In this document: in pieces, positions 1 to 9,451 of the stretch
Position numbering within the stretch: position 1 is the stretch's first letter
Layout of the letters: every line of letters starts with the position of its first letter
NCBI GenBank assembly: GCA_902594005.1
Contig: CACJKN010000002.1
Coordinates: 3,639-67,638 of the forward strand
Reading direction: 5' to 3'
Origin: an uncultured SAR86 cluster bacterium
GTDB taxonomy: Bacteria; Pseudomonadota; Gammaproteobacteria; Magnimaribacterales; D2472
DNA length: 64,000 bases
Translations under genes and position numbers: made by a program
Notes under the pieces: generated by a model
The model's database searches: none
The model's input: the letters and a program-made list of their open reading frames with translations, nothing else
What the model was told of the DNA's origin: nothing

Positions 1-636
1 TTTCATTTTTTCTTCAACGCTTGATGATTCTTTTTCGATAATAGAAGCAAGGATGATTCCTTCATATTTAGACTTAAGGGGATTGTCTATTGGTTTATCA
101 TTCCAAATTATATCTACATAACTTTTTAGTTCAGATGAAGATTTGTTAAGCAGTAAAGATAAATTTGTATTCTTTTTGTAAAAATATGTATCAGGTAAAA
201 GAAGGCCTTCAATAGAATTATTGATTAAATCAATGCATGAAAAATCTTCACAATCATTATTAAGATTTAAGGTATTTATATATGAGCTTAAATCAAACCT
301 GTTCGTCCCATCACTTATAACAAATTTATGAGTAATGGTTTCGCCTAACTTCATCTTGGTAAGAACCTTAAAAAGACTATCATCTATTAAATATTCTCCA
401 GCCTGAATAGTCCTAAAATCAAATAAGTAAATACCTAGTAAAAATAATGATTTTTCAAAGAAATTATTAGATTCATATATTCCGTTGTATAAATCTAATA
501 TTGAGGAGTTAGGTTTTACTTCATATGTGAATGGTTCAAGTGTTATTTTATTGTTATAAAAGCTTTTTAATGACCCATAGAGAGTAAATGATGCTAAGAG
601 AAAAATACCGATTAGTCTTAGTAGATATTTTATCAA
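1..636 (-). CDS. mltG: Endolytic murein transglycosylase MltG/YceG, N-terminal ~212 codons (gene continues past the left window edge)
   Basis: Absent from the ORF track because it has no stop inside the window. Hand translation of the minus strand from TTG at 636-634 (directly after the fabF stop) gives LIKYLLRLIGIFLLASF (membrane anchor) ... IQAGEYLI ... IEGLLLPDTYFY ... YEGIILASIIEKESS, which are YceG-family motifs. Its position downstream of fabF matches the E. coli order. Confidence 0.7.
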   Translation of the reverse strand, partial: MIKYLLRLIGIFLLASFTLYGSLKSFYNNKITLEPFTYEVKPNSSILDLYNGIYESNNFFEKSLFLLGIYLFDFRTIQAGEYLIDDSLFKVLTKMKLGETITHKFVISDGTNRFDLSSYINTLNLNNDCEDFSCIDLINNSIEGLLLPDTYFYKKNTNLSLLLNKSSSELKSYVDIIWNDKPIDNPLKSKYEGIILASIIEKESSSVEEKMK

Positions 637-1860
637 TTAGACAGACTTAAAAATAAGAGTTGAGTTGGTTCCGCCAAAACCAAATGAATTATTTAACGAA
701 ATATCTATTTTCATATCTCTGGCTTCTTTTGGAATGAAATCTAAATCACAACCTTCATCAGGATTATTTAAATTAATTGTTGGTGGAGAAATATTATTAA
801 CAATAGATAAAATTGAAAATATTGATTCTACAGCTCCAGCCGCACCTAAAGTATGGCCTGTCATAGATTTAGTTGAGCTAATTGGTGGAGGTGAATCAAA
901 AATAGATTTAACGGCATTGCATTCTGCAAGATCGCCAAGAGGTGTTGATGTTGCATGAGCATTTATATAATCAATGTCATTTGTTGAAATACCTGCATCT
1001 GATATTGCTCGAGAAATTGATAATGAAGCACCAGCACCATCTTCTGATGGTGCAGTCATATGATATGCATCAGAACTCATGCCAAAACCAATAACTTCTG
1101 CATATATATTCGCTGAGCGATTTTTGGCATGCTCATATTCTTCTAATACAAGAATTGCGGCTCCATCTGACAATACAAAACCATCGCGACCTTTATCCCA
1201 TGGTCTACTTGCTGTCTTTGGATCATCGGATTTACTTAAAGCTCTTGATGCAAGAAAACCTGAAACCCCTAAAGGTGTAGTTGCCATTTCAGAACCTCCT
1301 GTAACCATAACATCTGCATCTCCATAGGCTATCAATCTTGCGCTAGTTCCAATGGCATGATTACTTGATGCGCACGCAGTTACAATAGATAAATTTGGAC
1401 CTGTATATCCATTAATAATACTTAAGTATCCAGGCGTCATATTGATTATAGATCCAGGAACAAAAAATGGAGATACCCTCTTGAATGATTTTTTATTAAG
1501 TATATCTTTATTTTTTTCTATGCTATCCAAACCCCCGATGCCTGATCCTATATTCAAACCAACTCTATCTTTATTAACATTATTATCCAAACCAGCATCT
1601 TCAATAGCCTGAATACCCGCAGTCACACCATATTGAACAAATGTATCTAAGCGTCTTATATCTTTGGAATCTATATATTCAGCTGGATCGAAATCTCGAA
1701 TTCTTCCACCAACCTTAATTGGCATATGTTCTAGATCAACAATATTCTCAGAGATGCCTGAACATCCATTTATGCAGTTAGACCATGATTCATCAACAGA
1801 GTTACCTAAGGGAGAAATTAATCCCATTCCAGTAACTACAACTCTTCGAGGAAGTTGCAT
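637..1860 (-). CDS. fabF: 3-oxoacyl-ACP synthase II (KAS II)
   Basis: 407 aa. Active-site Cys context IVTACASS; HATSTPLGD and GHTLGAAG His motifs; C-terminal NSFGFGGTN. Lies directly downstream of acpP. Confidence 0.95.
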   Translation of the reverse strand: MQLPRRVVVTGMGLISPLGNSVDESWSNCINGCSGISENIVDLEHMPIKVGGRIRDFDPAEYIDSKDIRRLDTFVQYGVTAGIQAIEDAGLDNNVNKDRVGLNIGSGIGGLDSIEKNKDILNKKSFKRVSPFFVPGSIINMTPGYLSIINGYTGPNLSIVTACASSNHAIGTSARLIAYGDADVMVTGGSEMATTPLGVSGFLASRALSKSDDPKTASRPWDKGRDGFVLSDGAAILVLEEYEHAKNRSANIYAEVIGFGMSSDAYHMTAPSEDGAGASLSISRAISDAGISTNDIDYINAHATSTPLGDLAECNAVKSIFDSPPPISSTKSMTGHTLGAAGAVESIFSILSIVNNISPPTINLNNPDEGCDLDFIPKEARDMKIDISLNNSFGFGGTNSTLIFKSV

Positions 1861-1868
1861 TTAAGATA

Positions 1869-2108
1869 TTAGGAATTTTCGACTATGTAATCTACAGCTT
1901 CTTGAACTGTTGAGATTTTTTCAGCATCTTCATCAGCAATTTCAAGATCGAATTCTTCTTCCAAAGCCATCACTAGCTCCACAGTGTCAAGAGAATCAGC
2001 ACCAAGATCGTCAACAAATGATGAATCAGTATTTACTTCTGACTCAGCAACACCGAGTTGTTCGCAAACAATTCCAGTAACAGTTTTTTCAATTTCACTT
2101 CTTTCCAT
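1869..2108 (-). CDS. acpP: Acyl carrier protein
   Basis: 79 aa, acidic. Phosphopantetheine site [20 protein letters not shown]. Confidence 0.95.
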   Translation of the reverse strand: MERSEIEKTVTGIVCEQLGVAESEVNTDSSFVDDLGADSLDTVELVMALEEEFDLEIADEDAEKISTVQEAVDYIVENS

Positions 2109-2164
2109 ATTAGTACCTCAATTGAAAGTTTGGTTATTTTAACGTGCAAGTTAAAAAATACCAA

Positions 2165-2884
2165 CTAATACATAAATAAGCCTCCATCAACAGAAATGGT
2201 TTGGCCAGTTATATAATTTGCTTTATCAGAAGCAAGAAACACTATGCATTTAGCTACATCTTCGACGGTACCAAATCTTTTCATTGGTATATTCTTACTT
2301 ACCTCAACTTTTTCATCATCATTCAAAAAGTTTGTCATGTCAGTCTCAATAAAGCCAGGCGCAACAACATTTGATGTAATATTTCTAGATCCAAGTTCTT
2401 TAGCTAAAGATCTTGAGAAACCAACCATTGCTGACTTTGATGAAGAATAATTAACTTGGCCAGAGTTGCCCATAAGGCCAGCAACTGATGAAATGTTGAT
2501 CACTCTTCCAAATTTATTTTTTACCATGGGTTTTATAAAAGCCTTAGTAACTCTGAATAATCCATTTAAATTTGTCTCTATAACATCATCCCAATCTTCA
2601 TCTTTCATTCTCAAAAATAATTGATCTTTGGTAATACCTGCATTATTGACAAGCACTGATGGGAGAAGATCTTTAGATTTAAGATCCGTAAACAAGTTTT
2701 TTATGCTTTCTTTTGACATTAGGTCTAACTGAACAGAGATAGCACTATCGTCTCCTATGAGTTCACCTAGATTAAAATCACCTCGTGATGAACCAATTAC
2801 CTTATATCCCTCTCTAGAGAAATTTTTAGCAGCTTCTAGACCAATTCCTCTTGAAGCGCCTGTGACTAAAACAATCTTACTCAT
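2165..2884 (-). CDS. fabG: 3-oxoacyl-ACP reductase (SDR family)
   Basis: TGASRGIG cofactor motif, NNAG, and the YSSSK catalytic Y-x3-K. Located between fabD and acpP. Confidence 0.9.
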   Translation of the reverse strand: MSKIVLVTGASRGIGLEAAKNFSREGYKVIGSSRGDFNLGELIGDDSAISVQLDLMSKESIKNLFTDLKSKDLLPSVLVNNAGITKDQLFLRMKDEDWDDVIETNLNGLFRVTKAFIKPMVKNKFGRVINISSVAGLMGNSGQVNYSSSKSAMVGFSRSLAKELGSRNITSNVVAPGFIETDMTNFLNDDEKVEVSKNIPMKRFGTVEDVAKCIVFLASDKANYITGQTISVDGGLFMY

Positions 2885-3798
2885 ATATTTTGCACCTTAT
2901 CTTTAAAATTTAGATCAGCCATATAAAGAATACTTTGTAAATCATAACCCTTTGATAAACCACATAAAATATTTTTTGGACCAATTTCTATTAAGCATGA
3001 AGCGGAATTAGAAATTTTTTCCATAGTTTTAGTCCAAAGAACTGGTTGAGTTAGTTGATTTAGAAGATTTTGTTTAATTGAGGATAAATCAGTCTCAATC
3101 TCACCAGTATGATTTTGTATGATTGAATATCTTGGAAGAGAAAAAATAATTTTTTGGAGAGACTCATTAAATTCGTCTGCAGCATCAGTCATTAATTTGG
3201 TATGAGATGCAATACTAACGTTTAATTCTATGCATCTTTTTGCACCAATTCCTGGAAGTAAATTACTTGCCATTTCTACACCTTCAATATTTCCAGCAAT
3301 TACAGTTTGCTTCATAGAGTTATAATTTGCAGAAGCTACGTAAGCTTTTTCATTAGACTTATTAATTTGTGAACAAACTTCATCGATAATTTTTGAATCA
3401 AGTCCAAGTATAGCCATCATTTTACCTTCTTCAGAGCTTTGCATTAACTTACCTCTGAGATGAGTTATTTTTATGGCATCTTCAAAAGTTATTGATTCTG
3501 CAAACATTAAAGCTGAGTATTCTCCAAGTGAATGACCAGCTATTACTTTTGGGGTTGGTAAAGATAAATTTTTATATGCTTCTGAAAAAATGGCCGAAGA
3601 TAAGACCAGAAGCGGTTGAGTAAAAGTAGTTGAATTTAATTTAGACTCATCCTCTAAAATGCTATTAACATCATAACTTAGTATTTCAGATACAATTTCG
3701 ATCTTTTCATTTATGAAAGACTGATCAACCAAATCAGTTTGAAGCATTTCAGGATGTTGTGAGCCCTGACCAGGGAATACACAAGCTATGGAGCCCAT
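2881..3798 (-). CDS. fabD: Malonyl-CoA:ACP transacylase
   Basis: FPGQGSQ N-terminus and GHSLGEYSAL nucleophile elbow. 4-bp overlap with fabG. Confidence 0.9.
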   Translation of the reverse strand: MGSIACVFPGQGSQHPEMLQTDLVDQSFINEKIEIVSEILSYDVNSILEDESKLNSTTFTQPLLVLSSAIFSEAYKNLSLPTPKVIAGHSLGEYSALMFAESITFEDAIKITHLRGKLMQSSEEGKMMAILGLDSKIIDEVCSQINKSNEKAYVASANYNSMKQTVIAGNIEGVEMASNLLPGIGAKRCIELNVSIASHTKLMTDAADEFNESLQKIIFSLPRYSIIQNHTGEIETDLSSIKQNLLNQLTQPVLWTKTMEKISNSASCLIEIGPKNILCGLSKGYDLQSILYMADLNFKDKVQNI

Positions 3799-3801
3799 TT
3801 C

Positions 3802-4005
3802 TTACTCTTGTTCTTGATCTTCTTTAACTGGCTTTCTTAAATCCTTTACAAGTCTTCCTTTGTAAAAGCCATCCTTAGTCATTTGATGCCTCAAATGTTT
3901 CTCACCAGATACTTGATCAGTTGACAATGTAAGGTTCTTTAGCTTGTCATGAGATCTTCTCATGCCAATTCTTGAACGTGTTTTTTTACTCTTTTGTACG
4001 GCCAT
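3802..4005 (-). CDS. rpmF: 50S ribosomal protein L32
   Basis: [22 protein letters not shown] is the typical L32 N-terminus. 67 aa with an acidic C-terminal extension. Confidence 0.9.
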   Translation of the reverse strand: MAVQKSKKTRSRIGMRRSHDKLKNLTLSTDQVSGEKHLRHQMTKDGFYKGRLVKDLRKPVKEDQEQE

Positions 4006-4054
4006 AATTATAAAAAAGCGTATCCTAACAAATATATTCTTAAATGAATAGTAA

Positions 4055-4969
4055 TTAAGTATCCAAATAACTTAACATTTTTTCAAACTGGTCGTCATAA
4101 TCTGCAACAAAAGTATTTCTTTTATTCTCAAGATCTAAAAAAGATATTTCAGACGAATGAAGTCCTAATCTTTTTACACCTGAATGTTTTAATCGAGTGT
4201 TAAAGTCGTTACATCCATACTTCTTGTCATTGGCGATATTTTTGTTAATTTTTTCACATTGAGCTCTTATTTGATGCGTTCTTCCTGTGAGAATCTCTAT
4301 TTCTATCAAAGAACTACAATCAAACTTTTTTAGAGGCTTTAAGATTGATTTTGCCTCTTTACCATTTTTATTGATTGAAACTTTTTTGAATGACCCTTTT
4401 GTGTTTGTATTAATACTGTCTTCTATAACCATTTCTTCAGAAATGAAGTCCTTTACTATAGCGTGATAAATCTTTTTTACTTTTCTTTGTTTTAGTTGAT
4501 TATTAAAAAAACCTAAGAATTTTTGGTTTTTAGCAATTACCAAGCAGCCAGATGTACCCTTATCAAGCCTATGACATAAATTTAATGAATTATCTTTTAA
4601 AACTGATCGCAATATGTCAATAAGACCATGATCATTCTTTGTTCCGCTATGAACAGCATAATTCGATGGTTTATTGTAGATGAGGAAATCCTCATCATCG
4701 TATATCACTCTATCTTTAAGAAAAGTATATTTGCTTATATTAATATCTAAAATCTTCTCATGATTAATTAGATTAGGCGGTATCCTTATTAAGTCATTTT
4801 TTGATAGTTTAGTATCAGGTTTGACTCTTTTTGAATTAACTCTAACTTCTCCTTTTCTAATAACTTTGTAGATTTTTGATTTAGGAATATTTTTAAAATT
4901 AGAAAAAAGGAAGTTATCTATCCTTCTTCCTTCATTATCATGATCTACGGTTATATTTTTGACAGACAT
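4055..4969 (-). CDS. rluC: 23S rRNA pseudouridine synthase, RluA family (RluC-like)
   Basis: N-terminal S4-like region (RIDNFL...KGEVRVN) and catalytic [12 protein letters not shown] motif. Divergent from rne, as rluC is in E. coli. Confidence 0.7.
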   Translation of the reverse strand: MSVKNITVDHDNEGRRIDNFLFSNFKNIPKSKIYKVIRKGEVRVNSKRVKPDTKLSKNDLIRIPPNLINHEKILDINISKYTFLKDRVIYDDEDFLIYNKPSNYAVHSGTKNDHGLIDILRSVLKDNSLNLCHRLDKGTSGCLVIAKNQKFLGFFNNQLKQRKVKKIYHAIVKDFISEEMVIEDSINTNTKGSFKKVSINKNGKEAKSILKPLKKFDCSSLIEIEILTGRTHQIRAQCEKINKNIANDKKYGCNDFNTRLKHSGVKRLGLHSSEISFLDLENKRNTFVADYDDQFEKMLSYLDT

Positions 4970-5155
4970 AAATTATATATATACGATAAGCACAATAATT
5001 ATAGTTTATGTTGAATAGTTCAACATAATAGAGATAGAAAAATACTAATTTTACTTTCAGCTCTCCATCCCGAGCTGTTTAGAAAGCAATAAGAGTAAGA
5101 CTTTCTAAAAATAACCTAAATGGTATTAACTATCTCCTTAACTAAAGGAGTTAGT
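4970..5155 (+). promoter_or_regulatory. rne promoter/5' leader with three hairpins (possible RNase E autoregulatory leader)
   Basis: Hand-found inverted repeats: ATGTTGAA-TAG-TTCAACAT (5008-5026), CAGCTC-N8-GAGCTG (5058-5077), TAGAAAG-N14-CTTTCTA (5080-5107). Followed by the SD AAGGAG (5145-5150). E. coli rne has a structured autoregulatory 5' UTR. Confidence 0.35.
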
Positions 5156-7132
5156 ATGAAAAGAATATTAATAAATAGTTCTTATAACGACGAATTACGT
5201 GTTGCACTTGTTGACGGTGCGAAATTATTTGATTTAGATACAGAAGTTACTGACAGAGTTCTATACAAAGGAAGTATCTTCAAGGCAACAGTTTCTAGAA
5301 TTGAGAAAAGTTTGAATGCGGCTTTTGTAGATTTTGGATCGAGTAGGCATGGGTTCTTACCACTAAAAGAACTATCAAGAAACTTTTACAAAAAAAATTC
5401 ACAAGGTAAATCAGAATGCACTCTAAAAGAGGGTCAAGAGATACTTGTTCAAATAAATAAAGAGGAAAGAGGCACTAAAGGTGCAACTTTATCAACTCAG
5501 ATATCCATAGCTGGCCGTTTTATGGTTTTAATAGCTAATTCTGATAAATCAGGTGGTATTTCAAGAAGAATTACAGGAGATGAGAGAGAAGATCTAAAAA
5601 ATCAGATCTCAAAACTAGATATACCGGAGGGCATGAGTGTGATTATTCGAACTGCTGGTATAGATAGATCATTTGAAGAACTACAAAATGACCTCAACTA
5701 TCTTATTTCTCTATGGGATGATATCAATGCTACACAAGCTTCAGCCGACTCGCCTCAATTGATTTACAAAGACGACAAGCTAATAGTTCGAGTTTTTAGG
5801 GATATTTTTCGAGATGATATAGAAGAAATTTTAGTGGATGATAAATCTGTATTTGAGGAAGCTAAAAATTTTGCTGAATTAGTTATTCCTGATCAAAAAG
5901 ACAAAGTAAAGCTATATGATGAAGAAATCCCTCTTTTTAATAGATATCAAATAGAATCACAGATTGAATTAGCTTTCCAAAGAGAGATTTCTCTTCCATC
6001 AGGAGGATCTATAGTTATAGACCCTACTGAAGCAATGACAACTATTGATATTAATTCAGCTCGATCAACTAAAGGTAAAGATATTGAAGAAACAGCTCTT
6101 AAGACAAACTTAGAGGCAGCAAAAGAAATTGCAAGACAATTAAGGTTAAGAGACGTTGGCGGGTTAATAGTTATAGATTTTATCGATATGCAAAATGAAG
6201 ATTCACAAAATAAAGTTGAGAATGCTTTTAGAAGAGCCGTATCGTCTGATAGAGCTAGAATCCAAATAGCAAGTATTTCAAGATTTGGATTGCTTGAAAT
6301 TTCTAGGCAAAGACTTAAACCTTCTTTAAACGAGACATATGACATAGAGCATGTTTTAGTTAGGGGGCCAAGATCAATTGGGCAATCTATTTTAAGAATT
6401 ATCGGTGAAGATGTTGCTAAAGATAATACAGCAGAAATACAGGTATATGTTCCTGCCGATGTTGCTAGCTACTTACTAAATGAAAAAAGAAGAGATATTC
6501 TGAGTATAGAGAATTCTACAGGTGTAAAAATCTTAATTATTGCTGATCCTTATAAATCAAGACCATATTACAAGGTAATAAGAATTAAAGATTCTGAAGT
6601 AAAGAAAAAATCTTCATATGAGTTAACTCCTGATAGTCCAAAACCAGATACTGATTGGAGAGATGAAAAATCTGGATCAAAGCTTAACCCGCTGGTAGAT
6701 GCCACTGACCATAAAAAGAATCATAAATCTGGTGGTGGTATTTTAAGCTGGATCAAAAGTTTAACTGCTTCACCGCAACCAAAAAAAACAACAAAGAAAA
6801 AATCTCCTCAAAAAAGACGTCCTCGCAAGGGAAATTATAAGAAAAAGAATGCTAACACCTCTAAATCTAGACCAAACAGAAAACCTTCTTCATCTAAGAA
6901 TACAAGAAGACCTTCTTCATCTAGGAGTACAGGAAGGCCTTCAAAGTCTGTTGATAGGAAGCCAAAAAATGACTCTAGAACAAAAGATACCAGAAAAAAA
7001 GCTCCATCAAGAAAACCTAGAGTAGAAAAAGATACTGCCAAAAAAATATCCGGCAGACAGGATATTGTTAAGGAAACAAAAAAGAAGCCTGAGCCCCCAA
7101 CTAGAGCTTTGAACGATCCTCGAGATAACTAG
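5156..7132 (+). CDS. rne: Ribonuclease E (RNase E/G family) with a short basic C-terminal tail
   Basis: MKRILINSS...ELRVALVDG N-terminus, S1 domain (GSIFKATVSRIEKSLNAAFVDFG), DNase-I-like/Zn-link region (TIDINSAR...GLIVIDFIDM). The tail from about residue 530 is K/R/P/S-rich. I prefer the ATG at 5156 (SD AAGGAG 5 nt upstream) over the track start at 5120. Confidence 0.85.
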   Translation: MKRILINSSYNDELRVALVDGAKLFDLDTEVTDRVLYKGSIFKATVSRIEKSLNAAFVDFGSSRHGFLPLKELSRNFYKKNSQGKSECTLKEGQEILVQINKEERGTKGATLSTQISIAGRFMVLIANSDKSGGISRRITGDEREDLKNQISKLDIPEGMSVIIRTAGIDRSFEELQNDLNYLISLWDDINATQASADSPQLIYKDDKLIVRVFRDIFRDDIEEILVDDKSVFEEAKNFAELVIPDQKDKVKLYDEEIPLFNRYQIESQIELAFQREISLPSGGSIVIDPTEAMTTIDINSARSTKGKDIEETALKTNLEAAKEIARQLRLRDVGGLIVIDFIDMQNEDSQNKVENAFRRAVSSDRARIQIASISRFGLLEISRQRLKPSLNETYDIEHVLVRGPRSIGQSILRIIGEDVAKDNTAEIQVYVPADVASYLLNEKRRDILSIENSTGVKILIIADPYKSRPYYKVIRIKDSEVKKKSSYELTPDSPKPDTDWRDEKSGSKLNPLVDATDHKKNHKSGGGILSWIKSLTASPQPKKTTKKKSPQKRRPRKGNYKKKNANTSKSRPNRKPSSSKNTRRPSSSRSTGRPSKSVDRKPKNDSRTKDTRKKAPSRKPRVEKDTAKKISGRQDIVKETKKKPEPPTRALNDPRDN

Positions 7133-7916
7133 ATATAAGCTGTCCCGAGATTGATAATTTAGGTGGCACATTCGGAAGGTCATCTATTTTGAACCATTTG
7201 GCATCCTCAAGTTCTGCTTCTTCTATTTTTATTTCACCTGATTCGTATTCACAAAAATATCCAAGCATTAGCTGACTAGGAAATGGCCACGGCTGACTTC
7301 CAAAATATGTAATATTTTTAACAGAAACATTTACTTCTTCCATAACCTCTCTTCTTAGAGCCTCTTCTGCTGTTTCACCAGCTTCAATAAAGCCAGCTAA
7401 AGTGCTATACCAGTTTTCAGGGAAAAATTTGTTTCTTGCTAACAAAACCTCGTCTCCTCTAGTAACTAGCGTTATTATGCAAGGCGAGATCTTTGGATAA
7501 ATAAATTCTTGATTGCAAGGTCTAACAAAAGCACCCTCTTTTTCTTGAAAGGATAATTTTCCAGAACATCGAGAACAGTATTTCGTTTCATCAATCCAAT
7601 GCACCAACTGCTTAGCAGTAAAAACAACTCCATCATTTTCTGGATTAAAGTTCGCTAAAGTTCTTATTTCAATTAATTCTGCATCTTCAGGTTTATTTAC
7701 TAAAGTTATGTCTTTTAAGTTAATCGCATAAATGTATTCATCTTCATCGTGAGAAATACCTATTCTTGCCATATCAATATCACCCTCTAAAATTAAATAA
7801 TTTGCATCAAATTTATAAGATTTTTCCGATTTATCGTATAAAATCTTATTTTCTGAAATAAAAATATATTTGTTGTTATTTAATTCAGAGAAATTTTTAA
7901 AACGAGACCTAGACAT
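7101..7916 (-). CDS. nudC: NADH pyrophosphatase (Nudix)
   Basis: Nudix box GFIEAGETAEEALRREVMEEVNV, NudC-specific SQPWPFPSQLM, and a Cys-rich zinc-ribbon segment CSRCSGK...PC. The 3' end overlaps the rne 3' end by 32 bp. Confidence 0.85.
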   Translation of the reverse strand: MSRSRFKNFSELNNNKYIFISENKILYDKSEKSYKFDANYLILEGDIDMARIGISHDEDEYIYAINLKDITLVNKPEDAELIEIRTLANFNPENDGVVFTAKQLVHWIDETKYCSRCSGKLSFQEKEGAFVRPCNQEFIYPKISPCIITLVTRGDEVLLARNKFFPENWYSTLAGFIEAGETAEEALRREVMEEVNVSVKNITYFGSQPWPFPSQLMLGYFCEYESGEIKIEEAELEDAKWFKIDDLPNVPPKLSISGQLISSYLEDRSKL

Positions 7917-7930
7917 AAGTAATAATCATA

Positions 7931-9451
7931 ATGAATATATCCTTAATGTATAGTATGTTTTTAGGTGATTCACCTAGATGGTATAAACAAGCAATTCTTA
8001 GCTTTCTTATAATTAACCCAATACTACTTATCGTCCTTAATTCACTTGGTTTAAATGGTGGATTCATAATGGGCTGGATAATTCTGTTACAGTTCATTTT
8101 TACCTTAGCGCTAGCACTTAAATGTTATCCTCTTCAGCCAGGTGGTCTTCTTGCAATTGAAGCTTTAGTAATGGATCTTTCAAATCCATATTCAATGATG
8201 CATGAAATAGAGGCAAATATAGAGGTAATTCTATTACTTGTTTTTATGGTAGCTGGAATTTTCTTTATGAAAAATCTAATGCTTACTATATTCACTAAAC
8301 TACTTCTAAACGTTAAATCAAAAGTTTGGCTTTCTCTACTCTACTGTTTTACCGCAGCTTTTTTGTCAGCTTTTCTAGATGCTCTTACAGTTACAGCAGT
8401 TTTAATTGGAGTTACTGTTGGATTCTATAGAATTTATCATTTAATAATTTCGAATAAATATTTTGATGATACCACTCATGATATTCATAATGATGCATCT
8501 ATTGATTCTCTTAAAGTTGAGGAACTAGATGACTTTAAAGGTTTCTTAAGACAGTTAATTATGCACGGTGCCGTCGGTACTGCTCTTGGGGGTGTATGCA
8601 CAATTGTTGGTGAGCCTCAAAATTTATTAATTGCAAATATTGCTGGCTGGGATTTTATTGAATTTTTCTTATATATGGCGCCAGTTACGATGCCAGTATT
8701 CGTTGCTGGATTATTGGTTTGTTTTTGCTTAGAGCGATTTAAGTTAGCAGGTTTTGGATCGGAGTTATCAGGAAATATAAGAACCATTTTTGCTGAATAT
8801 GCAGCATACGAAGATCAAATTAGCAAAAATGATGACAAGAAAAAAGCTGAACTTGCAGTTGAGACATTTGTTTTAGTCTTATTAATCTTTGCCCTTGCTT
8901 TCCATATTGCTGAAGTTGGGATTATTGGTCTTGGCGTTATAATTCTTTTAACTTCTTTTAAAGGTATTACTCATGAGCATTATTTAGGAGATGCTTTTAA
9001 AGAGGCTTTACCTTTCACTGCTTTGCTTTGCGTCTTCTTCGCTATTGTTAGCGTTATACATGAGCAACACTTATTTACCCCTGTTATTAATTATGTTCTT
9101 ACTTTTAGTTTTGAAAGCCAGACAAGTATCTTCTTTATTGCAAACGGAGTTCTATCTGCAATTAGTGATAATGTTTTTGTAGCTACAATTTATATAAATG
9201 AAGTTAAAGCTCTTCTAGATGCAGGAAAGATTTCTTTAGAACATTTTAATAATCTTACAATTGCTATTAATACAGGAACGAATATACCTAGTATTGCTAC
9301 TCCAAATGGTCAGGCAGCATTTCTTTTCTTGCTTACCTCCTCTCTTGCTCCATTAATTAACTTATCTTATTTCAGAATGGTTTTAATGGCTCTTCCATAT
9401 ACAATTGTTCTCACGATAGTAGCCCTCATTTCAGTTTATTTATTCATCTAA
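7931..9451 (+). CDS. nhaB: Na+/H+ antiporter NhaB
   Basis: 506 aa polytopic protein. The N-terminus [21 protein letters not shown] parallels E. coli NhaB ([21 protein letters not shown]), and the length matches. Confidence 0.8.
   Translation: MNISLMYSMFLGDSPRWYKQAILSFLIINPILLIVLNSLGLNGGFIMGWIILLQFIFTLALALKCYPLQPGGLLAIEALVMDLSNPYSMMHEIEANIEVILLLVFMVAGIFFMKNLMLTIFTKLLLNVKSKVWLSLLYCFTAAFLSAFLDALTVTAVLIGVTVGFYRIYHLIISNKYFDDTTHDIHNDASIDSLKVEELDDFKGFLRQLIMHGAVGTALGGVCTIVGEPQNLLIANIAGWDFIEFFLYMAPVTMPVFVAGLLVCFCLERFKLAGFGSELSGNIRTIFAEYAAYEDQISKNDDKKKAELAVETFVLVLLIFALAFHIAEVGIIGLGVIILLTSFKGITHEHYLGDAFKEALPFTALLCVFFAIVSVIHEQHLFTPVINYVLTFSFESQTSIFFIANGVLSAISDNVFVATIYINEVKALLDAGKISLEHFNNLTIAINTGTNIPSIATPNGQAAFLFLLTSSLAPLINLSYFRMVLMALPYTIVLTIVALISVYLFI

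Noticed and set aside
665-1864. Track ORFs on the strand opposite to, or in alternate frames of, long well-supported genes. Examples: 665-958, 1079-1327 and 1664-1864 in fabF; 2244-2450 in fabG; 5947-6345 and 6835-7041 in rne; 8991-9182 in nhaB; 11885-12070 and 13360-13599 in metG; 22699-22926 in the phytase; 25760-26170 in pit; 27503-27805, 29000-29242, 30355-30573, 32260-33472, 34763-35252 in gsp genes; 36137-37030 in phoR; 39148-39348, 39687-39905, 40234-40428; 44615-44815, 45492-45689; 50585-51256; 52583-52792; 54183-54383; 56105-56326; 57831-58028; 59209-59409; 63469-63691.
   Set aside because: Each lies entirely within a longer ORF that has clear family motifs. Their translations are low-complexity or mirror-image sequences with no motifs. 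Such shadow ORFs are expected in AT-rich DNA.
5120-5155. N-terminally extended starts given by the ORF track: rne 5120, gspH 30569, phoD 46889, esterase 49025, L33-like 50322, fusion protein 48971, porin 25238
   Set aside because: Internal Met codons give canonical N-termini (MKRILIN for RNase E with AAGGAG 5 nt upstream, signal peptides, the prepilin leader, MADKK for L33) and remove implausible overlaps with neighbours. The 48971 and 25238 starts remain possible.
6780-7100. Repetitive K/R/P/S-coding DNA at the rne 3' end as a tandem-repeat element or a separate gene
   Set aside because: It is in frame and continuous with the RNase E catalytic domain. The repeats are short, imperfect and protein-level (an Arg/Pro-rich scaffold tail), not a DNA satellite.
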